DNA of 48,183 nucleotides from Pseudomonadota bacterium (lineage in GTDB: Bacteria; Pseudomonadota; Alphaproteobacteria; Caulobacterales; Hyphomonadaceae): the NCBI GenBank assembly GCA_039030935.1, contig JBCCDF010000001.1, positions 1-48,183 of the forward strand, in the 5' to 3' direction. The position numbers and the translations under genes are program-made. Of this stretch, positions 37,575 through 47,207 are shown piece by piece. Each line of letters opens with the position of its first letter. The first letter of the stretch is position 1. Below the pieces are notes generated by a model. That model was not told where the DNA came from, ran no database searches, and saw only the letters and a program-made list of their open reading frames with translations.

Positions 37575-38096
37575 CTAGCCCCGTGCGATGTAAGCAAAGG
37601 CCAATCCGATGGCGAGCGTGTAGAATAAAACGCCCGCCAATATGTAAAAGATCTGGTAGTTCTTACCCAGAGACCCCTTCGCCAAGGTGACCGCTTGGTT
37701 GATCAGGTCGGGCCATGTGTAGGAGACGAAGTCGCCTTGTGTCATGATCGAGGTAAGCTTGCCTTTCTCATCCACGATAGGCAGACGCCGGAAGCGCTCA
37801 TTTGACATGATGCGTAACCAATCGATCAAATTGTCATCCTTGCGCGCAACGCGGACTTCGCGGGTCATGACATCTGAAACTTTCGTTGTGTCCGGGTCAC
37901 GACTTTCGGCTAGGACCCGCCGCATGAGATCTCTTTCAGTCAACATGCCGATGACTTTTTCATCCTCATCGATAATGATAATGGCCCCATAATTTTTCTG
38001 CGCCATTCGCTCCGCCGCGGTCCGGATGGTATCACTGGCAAGTGCCGTCATCGGCTTTGGTTTCGACTTGAACTCCGGCCTATCCTGAATTTGCAT
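37575..38096 (-). CDS. CBS-pair domain protein with a C-terminal membrane helix
   Basis: Two CBS motifs (G.LTERDL, VSDVMT, FRRLPIVD) and a hydrophobic C-terminus. Start ATG at 38096 after GGAGGT. Confidence 0.85.
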   Translation of the reverse strand: MQIQDRPEFKSKPKPMTALASDTIRTAAERMAQKNYGAIIIIDEDEKVIGMLTERDLMRRVLAESRDPDTTKVSDVMTREVRVARKDDNLIDWLRIMSNERFRRLPIVDEKGKLTSIMTQGDFVSYTWPDLINQAVTLAKGSLGKNYQIFYILAGVLFYTLAIGLAFAYIARG

Positions 38097-38175
38097 TGTA
38101 ACCTCCATCTTATATTGTTTGTATGACATAGCGTTTTTTGAGCGACCGCCCGCTTTTTGTTTTCGAGAGGCCCCC

Positions 38176-38895
38176 TTGCATATTTTTGTTCTTACGGGTT
38201 CAGGCATTTCGGCAGAAAGCGGTATCTCAACCTATCGCGGTGGGGCAGATGGCGATGAAGGCCTCTGGAGCGCAGTGGATTTTCAAAAGTATGCTTCACC
38301 CGAAGGCTTTTCTGAGGACCCTGACGGTGTGCATCACTTTTACAATGTACGCCGGCAGCAGGTGCGCGACGTAGAACCAAACGCTGCCCATATCGCCCTC
38401 GCTGAGTTGCAGCATGCTTTGCGACGAAATGACGGCGAGCTCACACTTGTGACGCAGAATGTTGACGACTTACACGAGCGCGCTGGCGCGGATGTGATGC
38501 ACATGCACGGCGAAATCCTGAAAGCGTTCTGCACTGATTGTGATCGCTCACGCTTTACCGTGAAGACAAAGCTTCAAACACGAGATGTCTGCGACGTATG
38601 CAATCGGGCAGGGGGCTTACGTCCTGATGTCGTCTGGTTTGGTGAGATGCCTTACCATATGGATCAAATCTATGAACGGTTAAGCCGCGCGAACCTATTT
38701 GTATCGATTGGCACGAGCGGGTCAGTCTATCCCGCGGCAGGTTTCGTTCAGGAAGCAAAGATGCTCGGTGTCAAAACGATGGAACTGAACCTTGAGCCGT
38801 CAGACAACGCACATGCCTTTGATGATGCAGATTACGGCCTTGCGGGCGATATCGTTCCACGTTGGGCTAGGAATATCTTGAACCAGATGAGTTAA
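38176..38895 (+). CDS. cobB: NAD-dependent protein deacylase (class III sirtuin)
   Basis: LTGSGISAESG, FYN.RR, TQNVDDLHERAG, HG, CxxC...CxxC, RPDVVWFGE and GTSG.VYPAA motifs. Start taken as TTG at 38176 after GAGAGG. Confidence 0.93.
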   Translation: MHIFVLTGSGISAESGISTYRGGADGDEGLWSAVDFQKYASPEGFSEDPDGVHHFYNVRRQQVRDVEPNAAHIALAELQHALRRNDGELTLVTQNVDDLHERAGADVMHMHGEILKAFCTDCDRSRFTVKTKLQTRDVCDVCNRAGGLRPDVVWFGEMPYHMDQIYERLSRANLFVSIGTSGSVYPAAGFVQEAKMLGVKTMELNLEPSDNAHAFDDADYGLAGDIVPRWARNILNQMS

Positions 38896-39012
38896 GACTG
38901 ATCATTGTCGTCTCAGGCGGACTTCAAGCCTTGCGCCTGTTGTGGCGACAAAGCCTTCACAATCGGGTTGCTTTCATGGCAGAGGGGCGCTTCACGTATT
39001 CAAGGCCCTGGT

Positions 39013-40353
39013 ATGACTGCTCCTATCGTTCGTTTCGCTCCATCACCCACAGGTAAGCTTCACGTTGGTAATGTTCGCACGGCCCTCATCAACTGGCTGT
39101 TTGCTAAAGGACAAGGTGGAACATTCATCCTCAGGATTGATGACACTGACACTGAGCGATCCACATCAGCTTATGAGTCTGCGATCAAAGAAGACCTGAC
39201 ATGGTTAGGCCTGACCTGGGGCGATACATTTAACCAGTCAGAGCGGTTCGATAAGTACGACGTTGCCGCTGATAAATTGCGCGATATGGGCCTGCTCTAC
39301 GCCTGTTATGAGACGGCAGACGAGCTTGATCGCCAGCGTAAACTGCAGCGTGCACGAGGCAAACCACCAATCTATAATCGGGCTTCCCTCGATCTCGGCG
39401 ATGACGATAAAGCAAAGTTGGAAGCCGAAGGGCGCAAACCGCACTGGCGTTTCAAACTCTCTGGAGAGCGTATTGTCTGGACTGATCTGGTCCGCGGCGA
39501 GCAAACCATTGATACATCAAGCTTGTCTGACCCTGTCCTGATCCGCGCTGACGGGTCGTACCTCTATACATTGCCAAGCTGCGTGGATGATATCGAAGCC
39601 GCGATTACCCATGTTGTGCGTGGTGAAGACCATGTCACCAATTCAGGTGCCCAGATTGAGATTTTCAAAGCGCTCGGTGGAGCGGCCCCTGCCATGGCGC
39701 ACACGCCGCTATTGGTTGGTGCTGACGGGTCAGGACTTTCCAAACGGCTTGGGTCTCTCGGCATGGAGACGCTTAGAGACGGCGGTATCGAACCACTAGC
39801 GATCTGTTCGCTGTTGGCGAAGCTTGGAACAAGTGACAATATCGAATTACGACCGTCCCTTGATATCCTCTCTGATGAGTTTGACTTCGGGAAGATCGGT
39901 CGCTCACCTGCACGCTTTGATGAAAGCGATCTCAACAGCATTAATGCGGCGATTACCCATGAGATGAGCTTTGAGGAGGCGCGACCCCGTCTTGAGGCGA
40001 TAGATCCGAAAGCGGCAAATGAAGCCTTCTGGCTTCTGGTTCGTGAGAACTGTCAGCGCATCGAAGATGCTGAGCGCTTCATGCCTGTTGCCTTTGGTGA
40101 GATCGAGCCCATCATTGACGATGAGGATCGTGATTTCATTGCTACAGCGGCTCGGCTTTTGCCGAAGGGTGAGCCCAATGGCGAGACTTGGGGACTTTGG
40201 ACAGCCGCTTTAAAAGCTGAAACCGGGCGTAAAGGGAAGGGGCTCTTCATGCCGCTTCGAAAGGCTCTAACTGGCATGGAGCGCGGCCCCAGCGTTGGCG
40301 ATATGCTTGTGTTAATGGGCCGTGACACAGCGCTCTCGCGCCTAAGCGTCTAA
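39013..40353 (+). CDS. gltX: Glutamate--tRNA ligase (alphaproteobacterial second-GluRS type)
   Basis: RFAPSPTG.LHVGN, LRIDDTD, YACYET..EL, RGEDHVTN, LSKR and KGK.LFMPLR motifs. Start ATG at 39013. Confidence 0.93.
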   Translation: MTAPIVRFAPSPTGKLHVGNVRTALINWLFAKGQGGTFILRIDDTDTERSTSAYESAIKEDLTWLGLTWGDTFNQSERFDKYDVAADKLRDMGLLYACYETADELDRQRKLQRARGKPPIYNRASLDLGDDDKAKLEAEGRKPHWRFKLSGERIVWTDLVRGEQTIDTSSLSDPVLIRADGSYLYTLPSCVDDIEAAITHVVRGEDHVTNSGAQIEIFKALGGAAPAMAHTPLLVGADGSGLSKRLGSLGMETLRDGGIEPLAICSLLAKLGTSDNIELRPSLDILSDEFDFGKIGRSPARFDESDLNSINAAITHEMSFEEARPRLEAIDPKAANEAFWLLVRENCQRIEDAERFMPVAFGEIEPIIDDEDRDFIATAARLLPKGEPNGETWGLWTAALKAETGRKGKGLFMPLRKALTGMERGPSVGDMLVLMGRDTALSRLSV

Positions 40354-40905
40354 TCGTACAATTCGATCTTGCAGCGCTTTAATCGCTGCTTCGGGCGTTC
40401 CTTCATGTACCAGTGAGGCGCGAAAGTCCTCAGGCGTGAATTTCGCTTCCATGATCTTATCCATCAGATCGAAGAACGGGCTCCAAAAGCCATCCTCATC
40501 CAGGAATGCCATGGGTTTGGCATGAAGGCCGAGGCGCGCCCAGGATAACATTTCGACGGCCTCTTCCAGTGTCCCGATCCCGCCGGGCAGCACTATGAAA
40601 GCATCACTCTCATCAAACATGCGCTGTTTACGCGTGTGCATGTCTTCGACAATCTCGTGAGGGACCTCGTCAAAGATGCGCTCTTTTTGCAGAAGAAAGC
40701 GAGGCATGATGCCCAAGACATCACCACCCTCGCTGTAAGTCGCGCGTGCACAAGCCCCCATCAGGCCGACGCCACCTCCGCCATAAACCAATCGAATGCC
40801 AGATTGAGCAAGCGTTCGGCCAAGTTCCTCAGCCAGTTGAATATAAGTCTTCTTCACCTCGTTGGAGGAACCGCAATACACACAAATTGAAGTCAGTTTT
40901 GACAT
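40342..40905 (-). CDS. LOG family nucleotide phosphoribohydrolase (TIGR00730)
   Basis: CVYCGSS, LVYGGG..GLMG, MH.RK..M and LPGGIGTLEE motifs. Confidence 0.93.
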   Translation of the reverse strand: MSKLTSICVYCGSSNEVKKTYIQLAEELGRTLAQSGIRLVYGGGGVGLMGACARATYSEGGDVLGIMPRFLLQKERIFDEVPHEIVEDMHTRKQRMFDESDAFIVLPGGIGTLEEAVEMLSWARLGLHAKPMAFLDEDGFWSPFFDLMDKIMEAKFTPEDFRASLVHEGTPEAAIKALQDRIVRLDA

Positions 40906-41047
40906 AATCTTTTCTCTTTTTTCTTCGCCTTTACGCGCCTGTTTCAGCGTGCGCTAGTCCGTGTTTCAGCGCAGTCTGAACGTTCATGTTCCGCAAGGTC
41001 CGCGTTTTTTCATAGCAAGTCAGATCGATCTACCCCATATGGCGCGC

Positions 41048-42886
41048 ATGACAGATACGCCGACATCAACAGACACCGATCGCATTGAAAGCGCCGATGG
41101 GGGGCTATGGGTTTCCATCGTTCGTATTCTGAAGTTGCTTTGGCGTCCAGAAATGACCAAATGGCGACCGATCACACTCTTGGCTGTGGTCTTCACACTC
41201 GGCGCAGCGGTGCTCGAAGTCGCTTTTCCGCTTCTGCTGGGGTACGCAGCGAATCAATTGCTGACCAGTGAAGGCGGTATCGTAACCGGATTTGGCGCGG
41301 CGGCGATCTGGTTGGTGATTGCTTTTATTGTGAAGTTCGCGGCGGCAGGTCTTCCTCAACTTCGTGATTGGCTGTTTTCGCCGGTCAGTCAGGACGCGCA
41401 GCGCGTGGCCTGCGTCGATGCATTCGGCCATGCTCAAAATCTATCCCTGAACTTCCATCAGACGCGGCGCACGGGTGCCTTGAACCGAGTGATTGAGCGC
41501 GGTGCTGGGGCTATCGACTATTTAATCCGGTTTCTGGCTTTTAACATTGGCCCGACACTGGTGCGGCTTGTCTTGGCGTCTGTTGCACTCGCGCTTGCCT
41601 ATGATCCGTGGCTGTCGGTCATCGCGATTGTGACGGTGATAACCTATTTCGCGATTACAGTTTGGATCACAGAATGGCGTGTACGCCAGCGCCGACGTAT
41701 GAACGAAGCTGACACGCGTTTTCGTGGGATTGCCGTCGACATCATGACGAACTTTGAAACGGTGAAGTCTTTCGCCGCGGAAAATCGTGAAACCGACCGC
41801 TTTGATGGTGCGATGAAACAGTACAATGTCCGCTTCGTTGAAACGGTTCGCTCCATGTACATCATGAATGGCGCACAGGCTTTCATCATGAATGCAGGTC
41901 TTGTCGCTGCTCTCGTGCTGTCGGCTTGGAATATCACGCAAGGGACAATGCAACAGGGCGATATCATCGGCGTTCTGACCATGTTTACAGCCCTCTACGC
42001 ACCGCTGAATATTCTCGGCTGGGCTTGGCGCGAAATTAAGCAGGGTGCCGTTGATCTTGAGAAACTGTACGGCCTGCTTGGTATGACACCGGATGTGGCC
42101 GACAAACCCGACGCCAAAACGATTGGTCGATTGGATGGGCATGTCGAATTTGAAGGCGTTGGCTTCACCCATGATGGACGATCAGCCGGCGTTCAGGATG
42201 TCAGCTTTGATTTGAAGCCGGGCAAAAAGATCGCTTTTGTGGGAACGTCGGGTGCAGGAAAGTCGACACTCTTGAAGCTCCTCTTCCGTTTCTATGACGT
42301 CGAAAGCGGCCGTGTCCTCGTCGATGGATACGACGTCCGCCACGTCACGCAGGAGAGCTTGCGCAAAGCGCTTGGTCTCGTGCCTCAGGACGTTGTTTTG
42401 TTTAATGAAACGATCAAATCGAACATCGCTTACGCGAATCCTGATGCATCGCTTGAGCAGTTGGAAGATGCCGCACGCCGCGCGCAATTGCTCGACTTCA
42501 TCAACAGTCTTCCGGACGGGTGGAATACGCGGGTCGGGGAACGCGGATTAAAGCTCTCCGGTGGGGAAAAACAACGCGTTGGCATTGCGCGCGTGATTCT
42601 CGCTAATCCGGGCATACTTGTCCTCGACGAAGCAACATCGGCTTTGGATAGCGCAACAGAGGCCGCTGTGCAGAGCGCACTGGACGAGGCCTCAAAAGAC
42701 CGAACCACTCTAATGGTCGCGCATCGCCTATCTACGGTTCAGAATGCAGATGAGATTCTTGTAATGGATACAGGCCGGATCGTTGAGCGCGGGACCCATG
42801 AGGAACTGATCGATTTAGACGGCATTTACGCTGACATGTGGGCACGCCAGGCACAGCGTGACGCGCTTGCCGTAGCGGCAGAATAA
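41048..42886 (+). CDS. ATM1/AtmA-type ABC exporter (fused permease-ATPase)
   Basis: FH..RRTG.L.R..ERG, N.ETVK.F, Walker A GTSGAGKST, LSGGEKQRV and DEATSALD motifs. Start uncertain (41039 or 41048). Confidence 0.9.
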   Translation: MTDTPTSTDTDRIESADGGLWVSIVRILKLLWRPEMTKWRPITLLAVVFTLGAAVLEVAFPLLLGYAANQLLTSEGGIVTGFGAAAIWLVIAFIVKFAAAGLPQLRDWLFSPVSQDAQRVACVDAFGHAQNLSLNFHQTRRTGALNRVIERGAGAIDYLIRFLAFNIGPTLVRLVLASVALALAYDPWLSVIAIVTVITYFAITVWITEWRVRQRRRMNEADTRFRGIAVDIMTNFETVKSFAAENRETDRFDGAMKQYNVRFVETVRSMYIMNGAQAFIMNAGLVAALVLSAWNITQGTMQQGDIIGVLTMFTALYAPLNILGWAWREIKQGAVDLEKLYGLLGMTPDVADKPDAKTIGRLDGHVEFEGVGFTHDGRSAGVQDVSFDLKPGKKIAFVGTSGAGKSTLLKLLFRFYDVESGRVLVDGYDVRHVTQESLRKALGLVPQDVVLFNETIKSNIAYANPDASLEQLEDAARRAQLLDFINSLPDGWNTRVGERGLKLSGGEKQRVGIARVILANPGILVLDEATSALDSATEAAVQSALDEASKDRTTLMVAHRLSTVQNADEILVMDTGRIVERGTHEELIDLDGIYADMWARQAQRDALAVAAE

Positions 42887-42922
42887 TTGCATCACTGTAT
42901 GATAGACTTTGGAGTTTAACCG

Positions 42923-43786
42923 ATGAACGACACGGGTGACCTGAGTGGAAAGCGCTTCCCATGGGCGCGCAGCGGCTTTGATCTAGAAGGTTACGTTGGC
43001 GCCTTGGCAGCATGGCTGGTTGGGATCCTTCTCAGCATTCTCTGGTCTCCACTGTTCTGGATCGGGTTCATTGCTGCGATCATTATCCTGTTTGCAACCC
43101 GAACCGCCGAACGCACTGTGCCAGAACGCGATGACGCTCTGGTTGCGCCGTGTGATGGCATCGTTGTCTCGGTCGGTGGTGCAGCAGCGCCCGATGAGTT
43201 GCGCCTTGGCGGAACGGGTTGGACCCGTGTGCGCCTATCGGCAGGTCCGATGGCGACGAACGGATTGTACGCGCCTATTGCAGGAGAGGTTGACCATATT
43301 ATCCGCGAAACAGGCGATCCCGGTGCGTTTTACGCGGGCAAGCCAGACAAGCCCGGACTGGTCGTTGCCTATATCAGCTTTGTCTCAGACGACCGCTCAA
43401 GCGGATACCGCGTTGCAACGGGCGGGCTCGGCCCTCGTTTAGAGATTGCTTCCGAAGCAGGCGATGCTGTTCGAACCGGACGGAATATCGGGACAATGCG
43501 GCTCGGCGGTTGGTGCGACCTCTATGTTCCGAGCGGGGCAGTGGTTGATATCGCGCCCGGTCAAACCGTCATCGGTGGTGAAACCATCATTGCGCACTTT
43601 GATGTAACACATTCTGTCCAAGACGACCGCCCAGTATTGGAAAGTGAGAGTTCTGAGACTGACGACATCGACGATATTCTGGAGAGTGACACTGACACCA
43701 GCCCCTCAGAGATTGATGAAGCGGACGATGTCAATGAAATGTTTGAGAGATTACGCTCAGAAGCCCGAAAGGCTCAGGACGATTAA
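42923..43786 (+). CDS. Phosphatidylserine decarboxylase-like protein lacking the autocleavage Ser
   Basis: Two N-terminal TM helices, R.P....LVAP.DG.V, AP..G.V, and GD.V..G...G.MRLGG..DLYVP...GQTVIGGETIIA match the alphaproteobacterial Psd scaffold. Position after the ATM1 exporter is usual for psd. Confidence 0.75.
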   Translation: MNDTGDLSGKRFPWARSGFDLEGYVGALAAWLVGILLSILWSPLFWIGFIAAIIILFATRTAERTVPERDDALVAPCDGIVVSVGGAAAPDELRLGGTGWTRVRLSAGPMATNGLYAPIAGEVDHIIRETGDPGAFYAGKPDKPGLVVAYISFVSDDRSSGYRVATGGLGPRLEIASEAGDAVRTGRNIGTMRLGGWCDLYVPSGAVVDIAPGQTVIGGETIIAHFDVTHSVQDDRPVLESESSETDDIDDILESDTDTSPSEIDEADDVNEMFERLRSEARKAQDD

Positions 43787-43794
43787 ATCCGCGC

Positions 43795-44013
43795 TTAATC
43801 CTCAGGCCCGGAATTCATCCAGCCAAAGACAGGTTTTAGCGGAACAGCCCATCCGATCCCGGCAACAACAAAGAATATAAGCGTCAGCCATTTCGGTGCC
43901 GTCGCCAGATATGTCCCAAGCGTTGCCGCGCCCCAAACCCAGAGCGCCAAAAATACCATCAGGACAAAACTCGCCACCAAACGTCGGTGACTGCGGCGCA
44001 TACTGGCAAACAT
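43795..44013 (-). CDS. DUF2842 family small membrane protein
   Basis: Two TM helices and a G..W..P motif. Divergent from ctaA, as is common in alphaproteobacteria. Confidence 0.75.
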   Translation of the reverse strand: MFASMRRSHRRLVASFVLMVFLALWVWGAATLGTYLATAPKWLTLIFFVVAGIGWAVPLKPVFGWMNSGPED

Positions 44014-44081
44014 CTGTATTTCTCTCCTCCTGCGACGCCGTGGCGACTTGCTAAACTCAAGTCAAGAGGCAGATAGGGCGT

Positions 44082-45188
44082 ATGGTTCAAGACGCAATCT
44101 CCCCTACAGCATCTCGCTGGATTGGCCGCTGGCTCATCGTTGTGGCTCTGATGGTTTATGCCATGATCCTGATTGGGGGAGCGACACGCCTGACCGATAG
44201 TGGACTGTCGATCACGGAGTGGCAGCCCATTAGCGGAACGCTTCCGCCGTTGAGCCAAGAGGCATGGTTGATCGAGTTAGAAAAGTATCGGGCCACCACT
44301 GAGTATCAGCAGCAAAACTACAATATGACGATGAGCGAATTCCAGTTCATCTACTGGTGGGAGTGGGGCCATCGCCTGTTTGGGCGTCTTATTGGACTTA
44401 TCGCTGTCGGCGGATTTATCTGGTTCGCAGCAAAGCGATGGCTCGACCGCAAATGGACAGGGCGTCTTTTGTTTCTGATCGCGCTTGGTGGCCTGCAAGG
44501 CTTTATTGGTTGGTGGATGGTCGCTAGCGGGATCGGGGAAACAACGCGCGTTGATGTGGCCCCTTACCGTCTCATGACTCATTTCGGCCTCGCTCTGTTT
44601 ATTATCGCCGTGACAGCGTGGTACTGGTTTGACCTTAAAGACAAGCGCGTCGCCAATTCATCCTCAACGGCGCGGGTGCTTGCGACCGTTCTGATGGTCA
44701 TGATCTTCGCACAGATGCTCACAGGTGCGCTCGTCGCCGGACTGGACGCCGGGCGAACCTATACTGATTGGCCCCTGATGCTCGGTGAGTTTTTTCCGTC
44801 TAACTATGTCGAGCAAGGCCTTGGTATATTGAGCCTCTTTGAGGGACGCGCGGCGACACAATTCAATCATCGCTTTTTAGCCTACATTATTTGGGGGCTC
44901 TCTTTATGGACGGCTTGGTCTCAGCGTAAAACCGAGCTTTCAAAAGGCTTTGTCGCAATAGCGGCTCTCGTGACCGCTCAAGCTGTGTGGGGAATTCTCA
45001 CCTTGATCAACGCTGCGCCGCTTGAACTTGCGCTTGTCCATCAAGGCTTAGGCGTCATCGTTATGCTCGTCAGCGTTCGCGTCGCTTGGCAGGTCACTCC
45101 GGCGCGAGCACGGCAGGGCGCTCAAAAGCGGACAGTGTCAGATCACTTGGATCAACCAAAACCGCGCGATGCTCGCTCGTTGATATAG
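44082..45188 (+). CDS. ctaA: Heme A synthase, COX15/CtaA family
   Basis: GGATRLTDSGLSITEW, WWEWGHRL.GR, QG..GWWMV.SG, YRL..H, VAGLDAG, QFNHR and HQ motifs. Confidence 0.95.
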   Translation: MVQDAISPTASRWIGRWLIVVALMVYAMILIGGATRLTDSGLSITEWQPISGTLPPLSQEAWLIELEKYRATTEYQQQNYNMTMSEFQFIYWWEWGHRLFGRLIGLIAVGGFIWFAAKRWLDRKWTGRLLFLIALGGLQGFIGWWMVASGIGETTRVDVAPYRLMTHFGLALFIIAVTAWYWFDLKDKRVANSSSTARVLATVLMVMIFAQMLTGALVAGLDAGRTYTDWPLMLGEFFPSNYVEQGLGILSLFEGRAATQFNHRFLAYIIWGLSLWTAWSQRKTELSKGFVAIAALVTAQAVWGILTLINAAPLELALVHQGLGVIVMLVSVRVAWQVTPARARQGAQKRTVSDHLDQPKPRDARSLI

Positions 45189-46131
45189 CGCCAACAAGAA
45201 CAATCAGACCGCCCGGATAGCCGCCACTGCGCGCATCACCTGTACCCGCGAAGCTTGTGATCTGGTTTGGTGCGCGAACGGATAGTCCGTCGACAACGAC
45301 CATATCGGTGTCTGGATCATCCTCTCCGATCAGGGTTAGACCCCCGGCATCATCCAGCGCGATGAGATTGCGTCTGCCATTACGTTCCAGGCTGACAGCG
45401 TGTGTGACAGGTGCTGTAAAAACTTTCGCGCCTGTCGGCTCTAAGACACAGGCTGTGATTGGGTTGTCTGCTTCAACCGGTTCATCGGCAAGAAAAACGA
45501 GCGTGTCGGCGACCTCCACAAGTCTGCCTGACTGCAATTGTGACACGGCACCCTCCGTCCAGAAGGCCAGCCGCATAACGCCATCACGATCATCGAGGGC
45601 ACGTCCCGAGCACAGACCTTTAACGCGGCCCCGACTTCCGATGTCGAGTGGAAAGGGAATAGGGGCAGCGATTTCACCACCATAAAGATACGCATTCAGT
45701 CCGCCATCACGATCAACACCGGGAAAAATCGTCAGCAAAGCGCCACCAACCATGCCGAACTCGCCATTCGCCAGCGCGGTGATACCTAAATCCGCTGGTT
45801 CAGTCACGCGATCCCCCTCGAAATTCAGCAACTGAACGTCGCCATCTTCAAAACCGACAGCAATCAGTGATCCCCGCCGACCCGCGACCGCAACACTCCT
45901 TATGGGCTTTCCCAGATTGTCAGATGACCAAACAGCAGGAAGAGATATGCCGTCAAAGCGTTCTGTTGGATTCTCAATGGCTGGAGCAATGCCACTCGAA
46001 TTCTCAGGGAGGATTGGGTCTATACCTTGCTCATCTCTGGTGTCACAAGCCGTTACAATGAATAGCAGACCGAGCGCTAGCGATGCGTTGACAAGGTGGT
46101 TGGCATTGCGTACTGGCGGGCGCTTGAACAT
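45094..46131 (-). CDS. Hypothetical lipoprotein, weakly beta-propeller-phytase-like
   Basis: Lipobox IVTA-C, beta-rich sequence. PAVW, GLC, ACV and YPGGLIV echo the phytase motifs DPAIW, YGLC, EGCV and FP.GLFV. Confidence 0.5.
   Translation of the reverse strand: MFKRPPVRNANHLVNASLALGLLFIVTACDTRDEQGIDPILPENSSGIAPAIENPTERFDGISLPAVWSSDNLGKPIRSVAVAGRRGSLIAVGFEDGDVQLLNFEGDRVTEPADLGITALANGEFGMVGGALLTIFPGVDRDGGLNAYLYGGEIAAPIPFPLDIGSRGRVKGLCSGRALDDRDGVMRLAFWTEGAVSQLQSGRLVEVADTLVFLADEPVEADNPITACVLEPTGAKVFTAPVTHAVSLERNGRRNLIALDDAGGLTLIGEDDPDTDMVVVDGLSVRAPNQITSFAGTGDARSGGYPGGLIVLVGAISTSEHRAVLVDPSDLTLSAFERPAVLAPE
46088..46116 (+). promoter_or_regulatory. Putative sigma70 promoter of rplM-rpsI
   Basis: TTGACA (46088-46093), 17-nt spacer, TACTGG (46111-46116), followed by a GC-rich discriminator. 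Confidence 0.6.
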
Positions 46132-46170
46132 TATCCAAACCTTTTAATTGAGAGGCTCTAGGGCAGAGCG

Positions 46171-46635
46171 ATGAAAACTTATAACGCACCAGCCGACGTT
46201 GAGCATAAATGGGTCGTTATCGACGCGACAGATGTCGTTGTTGGACGCCTTGCTTCCTACGTTGCCAAACGCCTGCGTGGCAAGCACCGCGCTGACTTCA
46301 CCCCGCACATTGATACCGGTGATTTTGTCGTTGTTGTGAACGCTGACAAAGCGAAGTTCACTGGCAACAAACTGACCAACAAAGTCTACTATCGTCACAC
46401 GGGCTATCCCGGTGGAATTAAAGAGACGACCGCGGGAAAAATTCTGTCAGGTCGTTTCCCTGAGCGAGCGATCGAACTCGCCGTTAAAAGAATGATGCCG
46501 AAAGAAAGTCCGCTCGCACGCCAGCAGTTTAGCAAGCTTCGCGTCTATGCTGGCGCTGAGCATCCTCATGAAGCGCAGCAGCCAGAAGCGGTCGATTTTG
46601 CGGCCATGAACTCCAAGAATCAGAGAGTCGCTTAA
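46171..46635 (+). CDS. rplM: 50S ribosomal protein L13
   Basis: W.VIDA....GRLAS, LRGKH...FTPH.D.GD.V, YY.HTG.PGG and HPHEAQQP motifs. Confidence 0.99.
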   Translation: MKTYNAPADVEHKWVVIDATDVVVGRLASYVAKRLRGKHRADFTPHIDTGDFVVVVNADKAKFTGNKLTNKVYYRHTGYPGGIKETTAGKILSGRFPERAIELAVKRMMPKESPLARQQFSKLRVYAGAEHPHEAQQPEAVDFAAMNSKNQRVA

Positions 46636-46636
46636 T

Positions 46637-47128
46637 ATGACTGACACCGTACAATCCCTCGAGGAATTGAAGTCTGTAACGGATGGTGGCGAAGCGGGTG
46701 CGGACCTTGCTCCGATTACGGCTGAGCCAAAGATTGATGAACATGGCCGTTCTTACGGCACAGGACGTCGTAAATCAGCCACAGCGCGCGTTTGGCTGAA
46801 GCCTGGTTCAGGCAAAGTGACCATTAACGGCAAGGACCAAGACGAGTACTTCGCGCGTCCTGTTTTGCGGATGGTACTTGAGCAACCTCTCGTAGAGGCT
46901 GACCGCCGGACGCAGTATGACGTTGTCGCAACCGTCAAAGGCTCAGGCCTGTCGGGCCAAGCTGGCGCCGTTCGTCACGGCATTGCGCGTGCACTCGTCA
47001 ATTATGAGCCAGAACTGCGCCGCGTTCTGAAACCATTCGGCTTCATGACCCGTGATCCGCGCGTCGTTGAGCGCAAGAAATACGGTAAAGCGAAAGCCCG
47101 TCGTAGCTTCCAATTCTCCAAGCGCTAA
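46637..47128 (+). CDS. rpsI: 30S ribosomal protein S9
   Basis: GTGRRK...[16 protein letters not shown] and [23 protein letters not shown] motifs. Confidence 0.99.
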   Translation: MTDTVQSLEELKSVTDGGEAGADLAPITAEPKIDEHGRSYGTGRRKSATARVWLKPGSGKVTINGKDQDEYFARPVLRMVLEQPLVEADRRTQYDVVATVKGSGLSGQAGAVRHGIARALVNYEPELRRVLKPFGFMTRDPRVVERKKYGKAKARRSFQFSKR

Positions 47129-47156
47129 GCGTTTCTGGTTTATCCAAATTCGTGTC

Positions 47157-47183
47157 AAAGGCGCTCTATTCGGGCGCCTTTTT
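47157..47183 (+). terminator. Rho-independent terminator after rpsI
   Basis: AAAGGCGCTC-TATTC-GGGCGCCTTTTT. Confidence 0.85.
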
Positions 47184-47207
47184 CGTATGTGAAACAGGGA
47201 AATAGAG

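Noticed and set aside
41013-41040. Sigma32 promoter before the ATM1 exporter (CCCCATAT)
   Set aside because: The -10 fits, but the corresponding -35 (TAGCAA) is a poor match to TTGAAA.
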